64,000 bases of DNA, taken from the NCBI GenBank assembly GCA_020201035.1, contig JAIVHO010000002.1:77882-141881 (forward strand), in the 5' to 3' direction. Made by a program: the position numbers and the translations under genes. The notes under the pieces were generated by a model. The model was not told the origin of the DNA. It was given only the letters and a program-made list of their open reading frames with translations, and did no database searches. Below, in pieces: positions 1 to 9,460 of the stretch (its first letter is position 1; every line of letters begins with the position of its first letter). The stretch is from Bacteroidales bacterium (GTDB lineage Bacteria > Bacteroidota > Bacteroidia > Bacteroidales > VadinHA17).

Positions 1-167
1 CGCATTTCAAGGTTAAAAAGAGAGGAATCAGCAAAATAAATAAGAGGCCCGGACAATTCAATCCCTATCTCCAGCGTGGATGGGACCACGATGGTATCAT
101 TTTCCTGGGCTCTTACCTGGTTTGAGGCAGCCAGGAGGCTAAAAAAAAGCACGAAGGTTTTCCTCAT
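1..167 (-). CDS. 5' part of a secreted/outer-membrane protein gene running off the left edge (absent from the ORF track because <60 aa lie in the window)
   Basis: Hand translation from ATG (minus) at 167: MRKTFVLFFSLLAASNQVRAQENDTIVVPSTLEIGIELSGPLIYFADSSLFNLEM..., open to position 1. Signal-peptide-like N-terminus. Overlaps the end of the upstream lipoprotein gene by 29 nt. Confidence 0.45.
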   Translation of the reverse strand, partial: MRKTFVLFFSLLAASNQVRAQENDTIVVPSTLEIGIELSGPLIYFADSSLFNLEM

Positions 168-597
168 ACCCGGGTGTTATGTAATCATTAATGACCAGTA
201 TTCTGTTGATGCTGTTTGTTGTATAATTTACCTCCCTTATAGTATAAAAGAAGGAGTATCCGCACGCTTTTGAGATAAACTGCAACTCTGAAGTATAGCT
301 GATCAATACCGTATCGGTAAACGAACCGTGCCTGATAATGTATGAGACACTCTCTGAGCCTGGGAACAGTGGCAGTTCAATGTTGGAAAGGGAGAGGGTG
401 TCATACAGGAGAAACTCCTCCATACCAGCACCGTAAACCGTGACACTGTCAATAGCTTCTGCATCAGGATCGGTGTCTGACCTGAGTGATAAGTTGATAA
501 AAGCATCAACCGGCTCCTCACATGAATCGGAGGAGCATGATGACAGAACTGCCATCGCAATGGCAGCTAAAACTGATATATACCTGAGCGCCGGCAT
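139..597 (-). CDS. hypothetical lipoprotein
   Basis: 152-aa ORF. N-terminus MPALRYISVLAAIAMAVLSSC has a lipobox-like LSSC. No recognisable catalytic motif. Confidence 0.55.
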   Translation of the reverse strand: MPALRYISVLAAIAMAVLSSCSSDSCEEPVDAFINLSLRSDTDPDAEAIDSVTVYGAGMEEFLLYDTLSLSNIELPLFPGSESVSYIIRHGSFTDTVLISYTSELQFISKACGYSFFYTIREVNYTTNSINRILVINDYITPGYEENLRAFF

Positions 598-637
598 TAA
601 TTATTTATGAACCGGTTCAAAAGTAATAAAAATGTGC

Positions 638-2419
638 TTACTGATCCCCGTTCATACGGTATATCTCCTGTATCAGGTCTCCATAATTTTTATGTAGCAG
701 ATTTCTTTTGAGCTTGAGGGTGGGTGAGAGCTCTCCGGTGACCGGGGTCCACTCTTCTGCTACAAGCCTGATTCTTTTTATCTGCTCGTGGAATCCCAGC
801 ATCTTATTTATATCTGTAACCTCCTGGCCTATCCTTGTAATCACTGACCTGTTTGCGATAAGCTCCATATTATCCCTGTACTGAATCTGATTATGTGAGC
901 ACCAGTCGTGCAGAAACTGAAAATTAGGCGAGACAAGAGCCGAAGCAAATTTCTGGTTTTCTCCAACAACCATGGCCTGCTCAATGAAAAAGGACTCCTT
1001 TAGTTTGTTCTCAATAGCCTGTGGCGCAATATATTTGCCTGCAGAAAGCTTGAATATCTCTTTTTTCCGGTCTGTGATCTTCAGCCATCTTCCTTCCACC
1101 ATTGTGCCTATGTCTCCGGTATGGAGCCATCCCTCACTGTCAATTACCTCTCTGGTTAGTTCCGGCTCATTATAGTATCCCATCATTATATGTGGCCCCC
1201 GGGTAAGTATCTCGCCATCTTCCGCAATCTTTACCTCAACACCGTTTATTACCGGACCAACGGTGCCGAACATTACATCACCCTTCCTGAACGGGTTAAC
1301 GGCAATTACCGGTGATGACTCGGTGAGTCCGTATCCCTCAATTACCGGTATTCCTGCTGCCCAGAAAACCCGCTCAAGGCGTGGCTGGAGGGCGGCTCCG
1401 CCTGAAACAACAATGATAAGCTCTCCTCCCAGGGCTTCCCTCCATTTACTGAATATCAGCCTGCCGGCAATGGCCAGTTTTAGTTTGTAGAGAGGTCCCT
1501 TGCCTGAGAGTTCATACCTTAAGCCGAGATTAACAGCCCAGAAAAATAGCTTCTTCTTTACTCCTGTAAGATTTTTCCCCTTGTTTATTATGCCGTCATA
1601 AATCTTTTCAAGCAGTCGTGGCACTGTATTCATTACATGTGGCTTAACCTCCTTTATCAGATCTGTCAGGCTGGCCATGTTCTCAATATAATAGATGCTT
1701 ATCCCCTTAAACTGGAAATGGTAGTTCACCATTCTCTCATAAACATGGCAGAGAGGAAGAAAACTCATAGCACGGTGACCGTATCCCAGAGGGTGTATGT
1801 CATTAATGGCAAGCACATTGCTTACAAGGTTGCTGTGCGAAAGCATTACACCCTTTGGGTTTCCTGTTGTGCCTGATGTGTATATTATTGTCAGAAGATC
1901 TGACGGCTGAATGCTATCCCTGATGCTGTTAAGCTCTTCCCTGAATCTCTCTTCGTGCTCCCTTCCCTGTTCAAGAATTTCACTGAACTGACGCAGACCG
2001 GCTGTACTATCAAATGATATCACCTCCATGACAGTGGGAATTGATGGTACCACTTCGGCAATCTTTTTGTAAATGGGCCCGTTTGAGATAAAAATAACCT
2101 TTACATCCGAATGCCTGAGTATGTAATCATACTCCTCCGTTCCTATAGTAGGATAGACAGGAACATGTATCATTCCGGCCTGGGCAAGGGCCATGTCAAC
2201 CAGATTCCACTCCGGCCTGTTGCCGGTTATAGTGGCCACACGGTCGCCACGCTTAAGCCCCATGGCAAGCAGCCCGTAGCTTACCAGGTTGACTTCATCA
2301 CGATATCTTTCAGGTGACCAGGTGATCCATTCAGTACCGTACCTGCCGGCCATTGATACTTCACGCGGATAATTTTTTATATTCCAGTCGAGTAGCTCAA
2401 AGATTCTGGTGATTTCCAT
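638..2419 (-). CDS. long-chain fatty acid--CoA ligase (AMP-dependent synthetase/ligase family)
   Basis: 593 aa. AMP-binding signature IIYTSGTTGNPKGVMLSH. GYGLTE and TGDIG...DRKKE motifs typical of FadD-type ligases. Confidence 0.85.
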   Translation of the reverse strand: MEITRIFELLDWNIKNYPREVSMAGRYGTEWITWSPERYRDEVNLVSYGLLAMGLKRGDRVATITGNRPEWNLVDMALAQAGMIHVPVYPTIGTEEYDYILRHSDVKVIFISNGPIYKKIAEVVPSIPTVMEVISFDSTAGLRQFSEILEQGREHEERFREELNSIRDSIQPSDLLTIIYTSGTTGNPKGVMLSHSNLVSNVLAINDIHPLGYGHRAMSFLPLCHVYERMVNYHFQFKGISIYYIENMASLTDLIKEVKPHVMNTVPRLLEKIYDGIINKGKNLTGVKKKLFFWAVNLGLRYELSGKGPLYKLKLAIAGRLIFSKWREALGGELIIVVSGGAALQPRLERVFWAAGIPVIEGYGLTESSPVIAVNPFRKGDVMFGTVGPVINGVEVKIAEDGEILTRGPHIMMGYYNEPELTREVIDSEGWLHTGDIGTMVEGRWLKITDRKKEIFKLSAGKYIAPQAIENKLKESFFIEQAMVVGENQKFASALVSPNFQFLHDWCSHNQIQYRDNMELIANRSVITRIGQEVTDINKMLGFHEQIKRIRLVAEEWTPVTGELSPTLKLKRNLLHKNYGDLIQEIYRMNGDQ

Positions 2420-2552
2420 ATTTATAGAGTTTGGTTGATATAGCCATAAAACATCAAATGCCGTAATTGAAAATTTCAGATCAGCAGTTTGGAAGAACCG
2501 GCAGCAATTCTACAATTATTTTTCGAACAAAAAAATGCTTTACAGCTATTCA

Positions 2553-2594
2553 TAAAAAAAGATACCCGAAAACCTCTATAAATGAGGGTTCCGG
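2553..2594 (-). terminator. possible intrinsic terminator downstream of alaS
   Basis: Imperfect hairpin cccgaaaacctc/gagggttccgg (about 9 of 11 pairs), followed on the minus strand by a T-run (plus-strand A-run 2554-2560). Confidence 0.35.
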
Positions 2595-2650
2595 ATATTA
2601 ATTGATGTGAGTGTTTTTCGACCCGAATTATAAAATGATCTGCGGGCTGA

Positions 2651-5299
2651 TCAGAGGGATTTTATTATATCGCGAATTCTTTCAAGTGCAGCATCTATTC
2701 CGGCCGGATTTTTACCTCCTGCTGTTGCAAGAAATGGTTGTCCTCCTCCTCCTCCCTTTATAGATTGTGAAACTTCACGGATTAATTTGCCTGCATTAAT
2801 CCCCCTTTCCTTAACCAGATCATCACTGGCCATTATAACAATTGAAGCCGTTCCGCCGATATCTGCTCCCGCAGCCAGAAACAGTGATTCTCCCGTTGAT
2901 CTCAGCTGTGAAGCCAGCCCTTTCATTATATCAGCAGAATCAACATCGATTCGTGCAATTATTGTCCTTATGCCGTTAATGATTTCACTTCTCTCCTGGA
3001 GTTCTTTTCTTAAGATATAGACTGACTGTGCCTCCAGCTTTTCGTTTTTTTTGCGAAGCATCTGGTTCTCTGCCAGCACTCTTGTTACAGCATCATTAAT
3101 ATCCTTTGGGTGTTTAAGTAATCCGCTGATATTATCCAGCTGGCTTAGTCTGTCGTCCACAAACCTGTAAGCCTCTTCGGCCGTTACTGCCTCTATTCGC
3201 CGTATCCCGGCAGCTACAGCACTTTCAGCTACTATTTTGAAGAGGCCTATAGCTGAACTGTTCTCTACGTGAGTTCCCCCGCACAGTTCAACTGAATCTC
3301 CGAAAGATACCACCCTCACCCTGTCACTGTACTTCTCACCAAAGAGTGCAACGGCACCTCTGGTCAGGGCTTCTTCCATTGAGACGCCGGTTTCGACTCC
3401 CGATTTGAGGTTTTGCCTGATCTCCCGGTTAACCTGTGCCTCAATCTCTTTAATTTGATCATCACTGATCTTCTCATAATGGCTGAAATCAAAACGTAGC
3501 TTTTCGGCTGTTACAAGTGATCCCTTCTGTTCAACATGTTTACCCAGCACATTGCGAAGTGCATGGTGCAGCAGGTGTGTTGCCGAATGGTTGCAGGCGA
3601 TCAGCTCCCTGCGCCTGCTGTCAACAACTGCTTTGAAAGTGGATGAAAGCTCCTCAGGCAGCGATTCGGCCAGATGAATTGTAAGGTTATTCTCCTTTAC
3701 AGTGTCAGTGATCCTTATCTTTTCACTTTCATTGCTGATAAACCCGGTGTCTCCCACCTGGCCTCCCGCTTCAGCATAGAAAGGTGTTTTGTTAAACACC
3801 AGATGGAACATCTCTTTGCCCCTGCTTTTTATCTTCCGGTACCTGCTTATTGTGACGGTGTCAACTGTATGGTCATATCCGGTAAATTCACCTGATTCAT
3901 CCCCTGTAACCGTTATCCAGTCTTCAATTTCCCTGACTGCATCGCTTCTTGATCTCTCTTTCTGCAGAGTCATCTCCCGGTCAAAGCCCCTGGTGTCGAG
4001 ACTAAAGCCCTTCTCTTTGAGAATCAGTTCGGTAAGATCGGCCGGAAAACCAAAAGTATCATAGAGGGTAAAGGCATCTGTGCCCGGGAACAGGCTGATC
4101 TTAGCTTCTCCAAGTTCCTCCAGCCTTTTATCAATAAGCTTAATTCCCCTGCCAAGGGTATGTAAAAATGTGGTCTCCTCCTGCAGTATCACCTTTTCAA
4201 TATTCTCTTTCAGGGCCTTGATCTCCGGAAACGCATCACCCATGGTATCTGCCAGGGAAGGTACCAGACGGTAAATAAAGGGGTCTTCGCAGTTGAGGTA
4301 GGTATATCCGTACCGTATTGCCCTGCGCAGAATTCTCCTGATTACATACCCTGCCTTGTTGTTGGAGGGCAACTGTCCGTCAGCGATTGAGAATGCCACA
4401 GCCCTGAGATGGTCTGCCACCACCCTCAGTGCAATATCTGTCTCATCAGATTTGCCGTAGGGTATTCCGGTAACAGCAGAGGCTTCTGTTATCACCGACT
4501 GGAAAATATCTGTATCGTAGTTTGATTTTTTCCCCTGTACAGCCATGCAAAGCCTTTCAAACCCCATGCCCGTATCAACGTGCCTGTTGGGTAGCGACTC
4601 CAGTGATCCGTCGGATTTACGGTTGTATTGTATAAATACCAGGTTCCAAATCTCTATTACCTGGGGATGGCCGCTGTTAACAAGGCGGTGTCCGGGTGTT
4701 TCCGCCCTCTCTCTTTCATCCCGCAGATCGAGGTGTATCTCTGAACATGGTCCGCACGGACCGGTATCTCCCATCTCCCAGAAGTTGTCTTTCTTTGACC
4801 CGTTGAGTATACGGTCAGCAGGATCACTGAAACATTTTACCCAGTACTCTGCTGCCTCATTATCCCTCTCAAGGTTCTCTTCGGGACTTCCTTCAAAGAC
4901 GGTAGTATAGATTCTGTCCTCCTCTATTCCCAGTACTGATGTCAGGAATTCCCATGCCCATTCAATTGCCTCCTTCTTGAAATAATCACCAAAAGACCAG
5001 TTGCCAAGCATCTCAAACATGGTGTGGTGGTAGGTGTCATGCCCTACCTCCTCCAGATCATTGTGCTTGCCGCTTACCCTGAGGCATTTCTGGCTGTTGG
5101 ATATCCTTAAATAATCTGCCTGCTGATTTCCCAGGAAAATATCCTTGAACTGGTTCATCCCGGCATTGGTAAACATCAGTGTGGGATCATTCTTAATTAC
5201 CATAGGGGCTGAAGGAACGATTTTGTGTCCCTTTTCCCTGAAAAAGTCTAAGAACAGGGTTCTCAGCTGCCTTGAATTGATTATTTTCTTCTCCTCCAC
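2651..5299 (-). CDS. alaS: alanine--tRNA ligase
   Basis: 882 aa. N-terminal FLDFFREKGH...VPSAPMV, the editing-domain motif HSATHLLHHALR, and a C-terminal GGGGG...ATAGG motif. Confidence 0.97.
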   Translation of the reverse strand: MEEKKIINSRQLRTLFLDFFREKGHKIVPSAPMVIKNDPTLMFTNAGMNQFKDIFLGNQQADYLRISNSQKCLRVSGKHNDLEEVGHDTYHHTMFEMLGNWSFGDYFKKEAIEWAWEFLTSVLGIEEDRIYTTVFEGSPEENLERDNEAAEYWVKCFSDPADRILNGSKKDNFWEMGDTGPCGPCSEIHLDLRDERERAETPGHRLVNSGHPQVIEIWNLVFIQYNRKSDGSLESLPNRHVDTGMGFERLCMAVQGKKSNYDTDIFQSVITEASAVTGIPYGKSDETDIALRVVADHLRAVAFSIADGQLPSNNKAGYVIRRILRRAIRYGYTYLNCEDPFIYRLVPSLADTMGDAFPEIKALKENIEKVILQEETTFLHTLGRGIKLIDKRLEELGEAKISLFPGTDAFTLYDTFGFPADLTELILKEKGFSLDTRGFDREMTLQKERSRSDAVREIEDWITVTGDESGEFTGYDHTVDTVTISRYRKIKSRGKEMFHLVFNKTPFYAEAGGQVGDTGFISNESEKIRITDTVKENNLTIHLAESLPEELSSTFKAVVDSRRRELIACNHSATHLLHHALRNVLGKHVEQKGSLVTAEKLRFDFSHYEKISDDQIKEIEAQVNREIRQNLKSGVETGVSMEEALTRGAVALFGEKYSDRVRVVSFGDSVELCGGTHVENSSAIGLFKIVAESAVAAGIRRIEAVTAEEAYRFVDDRLSQLDNISGLLKHPKDINDAVTRVLAENQMLRKKNEKLEAQSVYILRKELQERSEIINGIRTIIARIDVDSADIMKGLASQLRSTGESLFLAAGADIGGTASIVIMASDDLVKERGINAGKLIREVSQSIKGGGGGQPFLATAGGKNPAGIDAALERIRDIIKSL

Positions 5300-5390
5300 G
5301 TCTCTCTTTTCTTAATGAGCTTGTAAAATTAGTTTATTTAATTTAGATTTGCCGCAACGTCAAAAAAAATCGCATACTGAAAAAAGCCTG

Positions 5391-6368
5391 ATGATTAGAC
5401 GCAGATACTATTTAGATAGTGAGAGTTTGCAATACAGAAGAGTCCGTTTTTCAATACGGCAAAGATTTAGCAGGGGACTAAAGTTTATTCTGATTTCAGT
5501 ACCTGTTGCCGCCTTCTGGATTATCATCTTTCTCCTTCTTACAGGTTCTCCTAAAGAGAGACACCTTCAGTCAGAGGTTGAGAGTATTAAGTTGCGCTAT
5601 TCCCTTCTGTTCAGTGATTTTGAAAAGGCTGAGGAAATCCTTGAAGATATAGCATCCAGTGAAGATAATATCTACCGACCTGTACTCGATCTTCCACTTC
5701 TGAGTGAATCATTCCGGGAATCCGGTTTCGGGGGTACCAGCAAGTATGACGAGATGGAAGGTTATGAATATTCCGATCTTATGATAAGTGCCTCTTCCAG
5801 ACTTAACAGTCTGTTAAGACGCACTTATGTTCAGTCAAAGTCATTTGAAGAGATTATTCCGGAGGCTTCAGACTGGAAGAAGCGGCTTGATCACCTCCCC
5901 TATATTAAGCCGGTCAGGGTAAATATCTCGCTGGGCGAAGGAGTACGGTTTCGTGAAAGTCACCCCGTACTGGGTGTTCCAAGATGGCACCATGGCCAGG
6001 ATTTTTATGCACCTCCCGGCACAAAAGTTTATGCCACAGGCAATGGAGTGGTAACAAAGGCGTCCTGGAATCCTCATGGATTCGGGAACAGGATAGAGAT
6101 AGATCATGGCTTCGGCTTTATCTCTATTTACGGTCATCTCAGCGGGTTTAACGTAGAGGAGGGCGATACTGTCCGGAGAGGCCATCTGATCGGGTTTTCC
6201 GGTAATACCGGGATCTCGTCCGGGCCTCATCTCCATTATGAGATTCACTATAACGGGCTGGTTCAAAATCCGCTTTATTTTTTCGATGATGACCTTTCCC
6301 TTGAGGAGTTTTATGAGATGATATCTGCCGTTACAGAAGCCGATTCCATGTACGAAGATGGTGTATAA
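5391..6368 (+). CDS. M23 (LytM-type) metallopeptidase, N-terminal TM helix plus coiled coil
   Basis: HHGQD (HxxxD) and HLHYEIH (HxH) motifs. The ATG at 5391 (MIRRRYY..) aligns with the start of the downstream paralog; the ORF-track start at 5349 is TTG. Confidence 0.85.
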   Translation: MIRRRYYLDSESLQYRRVRFSIRQRFSRGLKFILISVPVAAFWIIIFLLLTGSPKERHLQSEVESIKLRYSLLFSDFEKAEEILEDIASSEDNIYRPVLDLPLLSESFRESGFGGTSKYDEMEGYEYSDLMISASSRLNSLLRRTYVQSKSFEEIIPEASDWKKRLDHLPYIKPVRVNISLGEGVRFRESHPVLGVPRWHHGQDFYAPPGTKVYATGNGVVTKASWNPHGFGNRIEIDHGFGFISIYGHLSGFNVEEGDTVRRGHLIGFSGNTGISSGPHLHYEIHYNGLVQNPLYFFDDDLSLEEFYEMISAVTEADSMYEDGV

Positions 6369-6452
6369 CTGCTGTAAATTGTTGATAAGAAACTCATTGA
6401 TAGTAGACTGTTTGCCAAAAAACCATTATATTTGCATCGCAATTTGTAATCT

Positions 6453-7424
6453 ATGGCGAAAACAAAATATAAATTTAATCCCGATTCCCTACGTTTCGAC
6501 AGGATAGAGCTGACCGTCAGGGAGAGATTGCTTCGCTCACTGGCCTTTCTGGTAGGATCCCTTATTATAGCAGCACTGTACGGAGTCCTCTTTTTTATTT
6601 TTTTTAATTCACCCAAGGAGAAATCACTAAAGCGTGAGATAGCTCAGCTCTCACTGCAGTATGATATGATGAATCGTGAAATGGATAAGGTGGAGAGAGT
6701 TCTGGATCACCTGCAGGAGACTGACGATAATCTTTACCGTACAATATTTGAAGCTGAACCTGTCTCAGTATCGCTGCGTGAAGCGGGTGTAGGTGGGGTA
6801 AACCGTTATGAGGAGCTTGAAGGATATGACTATTCCGATATAGTGATTGAGACAGCAGGAAGGCTCAACAGGATTATGAAGAGGGTATATGTGCAATCAA
6901 CCTCCTTCGATGACCTGATTAACCTTGCAGCGGAGAAGGAGGAGATGCTGGCAGCTGTTCCTGCCATACAGCCAATAAGTAATAAGGATCTGAAACGTAC
7001 TGCTTCCGGATGGGGATACAGGATACATCCTGTTTACAAGATAAGGAAATTTCATTACGGCATGGACTTCACGGCTCCAACAGGCACAGAGATTTACTCT
7101 ACCGGCAACGGTACCGTTGTTAGTGTGCTTAGATCAAAGAGGGGGTTCGGAAACCACATAATTGTTGACCATGGATATGGTTATACCACCCTTTATGCTC
7201 ACCTCAGCAGGTTTAACGTGAAGAAGGGCCAGAAGGTAAAACGCGGAGATGTAATTGGGCATGTTGGAAATACAGGGCTCTCAACAGCTCCTCATCTTCA
7301 CTATGAGATTAAACTGAACGGTAAAAATGTAGATCCTGCCAACTACTATTTTAATGACCTTACTCCGGAAGAGTATGAACGGATGATTGAGATTGCCATG
7401 AAAAGCGGGCAGTCATTCGATTAA
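6453..7424 (+). CDS. M23 (LytM-type) metallopeptidase, tandem paralog of the preceding gene
   Basis: FHYGMD and HLHYEIK motifs. Collinear similarity to 5391-6368 (e.g. YVQSTSFDDL vs YVQSKSFEEI). Confidence 0.85.
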   Translation: MAKTKYKFNPDSLRFDRIELTVRERLLRSLAFLVGSLIIAALYGVLFFIFFNSPKEKSLKREIAQLSLQYDMMNREMDKVERVLDHLQETDDNLYRTIFEAEPVSVSLREAGVGGVNRYEELEGYDYSDIVIETAGRLNRIMKRVYVQSTSFDDLINLAAEKEEMLAAVPAIQPISNKDLKRTASGWGYRIHPVYKIRKFHYGMDFTAPTGTEIYSTGNGTVVSVLRSKRGFGNHIIVDHGYGYTTLYAHLSRFNVKKGQKVKRGDVIGHVGNTGLSTAPHLHYEIKLNGKNVDPANYYFNDLTPEEYERMIEIAMKSGQSFD

Positions 7425-7441
7425 CCCAATAAGCCTCCGGA

Positions 7442-8770
7442 ATGACCCAACGAATTCTTCTTTTATTGCTACTCGCTATCCTGTCAGGGGGATGCACTCT
7501 TTTTCGTCCTATTAACCAGGAGGGCAATATTGATAATGCAGATAATGGAGAAACTATCACTCTGAGCCGGCAGCCCGGGGTATATGGTGTAATAAATGAC
7601 ACAACCGGCCTGCAGCGGGAAATTGGTGCCGCGCAGGACACTATTTCCCTGCAGCGGCAGATTGATGACGTGACACAGGAGACTGTTTCTAAACCCGGAG
7701 AGGTCCTCATATTTAATAGTGACTCACTTTTATGTGAGGCTGATACGGCTGCTGTGGCAGTGGAAGAAATCAGTGTTGTGCCGGCTGTCTATACCTTCGC
7801 ACTTACGGGTGATATAATGCCGGGAACATCCTTCCCTGATAACAGATATCTCCCTCCGGGCGATGATCCGTGGCCCCTGATAAGCGAGGTGGCCCCTTTT
7901 ATCTCAGAAGCTTTTATTGCTGCCGGAAATCTTGAAGGACCTCTTACCGACAAAGGCGAGCTGGCAAAAAAATGCAGGGATACAACTTCATGTTATGCCT
8001 TCCGTATACCTGAACGATACGGCTCGATGCTCACCGATGCCGGATTTGATATTTTGTCACTGGCAAATAATCATATCGGGGACTTTGGTCTTGAAGGCCG
8101 CAATCGTACCGCCTGGCTGCTTGATTCACTCGGGATAGCTTCAGCCGGACTCGAGACTTCACCCTTTACCATTGTTCAGAAGGATAGTCTCACGATCGGA
8201 TTTGCTGCTTTTTCACCCAATAAGGGTACTCCCTATATAAATGATTATAAATATATGCAGGAACTGGTAAGGTTCCTGGATGATACATGTGATATCGTTA
8301 TGGTCTCTTTTCACGGTGGAGCCGAAGGAAGGGAATATGAGAATGTTACCGGTGCTAAAGAGTATTTTTACGGTGAAGACCGTGGTAATGTAGTGGAGTT
8401 TGCCAGGCTTGCTGTTGATAGCGGGGCAGATATAGTTTTTGGTCACGGGCCCCATGTCACCAGGGCAATGGAGGTGTATAAGGAGAGATTTATTGCCTAT
8501 AGCCTCGGAAATTTTCTTACATATCGCAGATTTAATCTGAGCGGGCCAAACGGAATTGCTCCTCTTGTGCAGGTTTCGGTTGACCCTGACGGTAAATACC
8601 GGAGTGCAGTTATTATTCCCCTGTATCAGGATAGCCAGGGGCATGTCAGGGTTGATCCGCACCGACGGGTAATTGGAAGGTTGAGAGATCTTATAGCAAT
8701 GGATTTCCCCGACTCGGATATAACAGTAAGTGATGAAGGATTTGTAGAACTTAAAACCGCTGAACAATGA
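7442..8770 (+). CDS. CapA-family (PGA_cap metallophosphatase-like) lipoprotein
   Basis: Lipobox LSGGC. Motifs SLANNHIGDFG, FHGGAEG and GHGPH typical of the CapA family. Confidence 0.8.
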   Translation: MTQRILLLLLLAILSGGCTLFRPINQEGNIDNADNGETITLSRQPGVYGVINDTTGLQREIGAAQDTISLQRQIDDVTQETVSKPGEVLIFNSDSLLCEADTAAVAVEEISVVPAVYTFALTGDIMPGTSFPDNRYLPPGDDPWPLISEVAPFISEAFIAAGNLEGPLTDKGELAKKCRDTTSCYAFRIPERYGSMLTDAGFDILSLANNHIGDFGLEGRNRTAWLLDSLGIASAGLETSPFTIVQKDSLTIGFAAFSPNKGTPYINDYKYMQELVRFLDDTCDIVMVSFHGGAEGREYENVTGAKEYFYGEDRGNVVEFARLAVDSGADIVFGHGPHVTRAMEVYKERFIAYSLGNFLTYRRFNLSGPNGIAPLVQVSVDPDGKYRSAVIIPLYQDSQGHVRVDPHRRVIGRLRDLIAMDFPDSDITVSDEGFVELKTAEQ

Positions 8771-9099
8771 GTGACAATGCAGTAAGGGAAAAGTTGTACT
8801 ATTCCATAGGAGAGGTTGCCCGGATGCTGGATGTGCAAACCTCCGCTGTCAGATACTGGGAAAAGGAGTTTGATATCCTTAAGCCCAAAAAGAACAGGAA
8901 AGGAAACAGGATGTTTACCCCCGGGGATCTCAGGAATATAAAAATCATACATCACCTGCTTAAGGAGAAAGGCATGACCATCGCAGGAGCAAGAAAGAAG
9001 ATGAGCGAAAATCCTGAGGGAATAAGCCGTAATATGGAGGTCATCGATTCACTCCATAAGATAAGGGATATGCTTACCAACCTCAGGGATACCAAGTGA
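8767..9099 (+). CDS. MerR-family transcriptional regulator
   Basis: 110 aa. HTH YSIGEVARMLDVQTSAVRYWEKEF. ATGA start/stop overlap with the capA-like gene. Confidence 0.85.
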   Translation: MSDNAVREKLYYSIGEVARMLDVQTSAVRYWEKEFDILKPKKNRKGNRMFTPGDLRNIKIIHHLLKEKGMTIAGARKKMSENPEGISRNMEVIDSLHKIRDMLTNLRDTK

Positions 9100-9113
9100 T
9101 TTCTGCCTCTGCC

Positions 9114-9410
9114 GGAGTGAGGCTCCACCTGGTCGCCCGCAGGCTTCTCCGGGAGAAAAACCCCCGCTTTGTAGCCGGCAGGCTTATCGCGGAGTGAGGC
9201 TCCACCTGGTCGCCCGCAGGCCTCTCCGGGAGAAAAACCCCCGCTTTGTAGCCGGCAGGCTTATCGCGGAGTGAGGCTCCACCTAGTCGCCGGCAGGTTT
9301 CTCCGGGAGAGAAACCCCGCTTTGTAACTGGCAGGCTTATCGCGGAGTGAGGCTCCACCTGGTCGCCCGCAGGCTTCTCCCGGAGAGAAACCCCGCTTTG
9401 TAACCGGCAG
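9114..9410. repeat. tandem repeat, 77-bp unit x about 3.9 (unit starts 9114, 9191, 9268, 9344)
   Basis: Unit ggagtgaggctccacctggtcgcccgcaggcttctccgggagaaaaacccccgctttgtagccggcaggcttatcgc. Each unit consists of two related half-units of about 38 bp beginning gcc(g/c)gcaggctt. Confidence 0.95.
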
Positions 9411-9460
9411 TCGCGAACCGGAGGGGTTAACATGATGAAATACAATCAGAAAGGGAAAAT

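Noticed and set aside
8213-8767. 184-aa ORF antisense to the capA-like gene
   Set aside because: Shadow ORF inside a motif-supported CDS.
9083-9445. 120-aa minus-strand ORF
   Set aside because: It lies entirely within the 77-bp tandem array. The translation is just the repeat read through (..GDQVEPHSAISLP.. three to four times), with no start context or domain.
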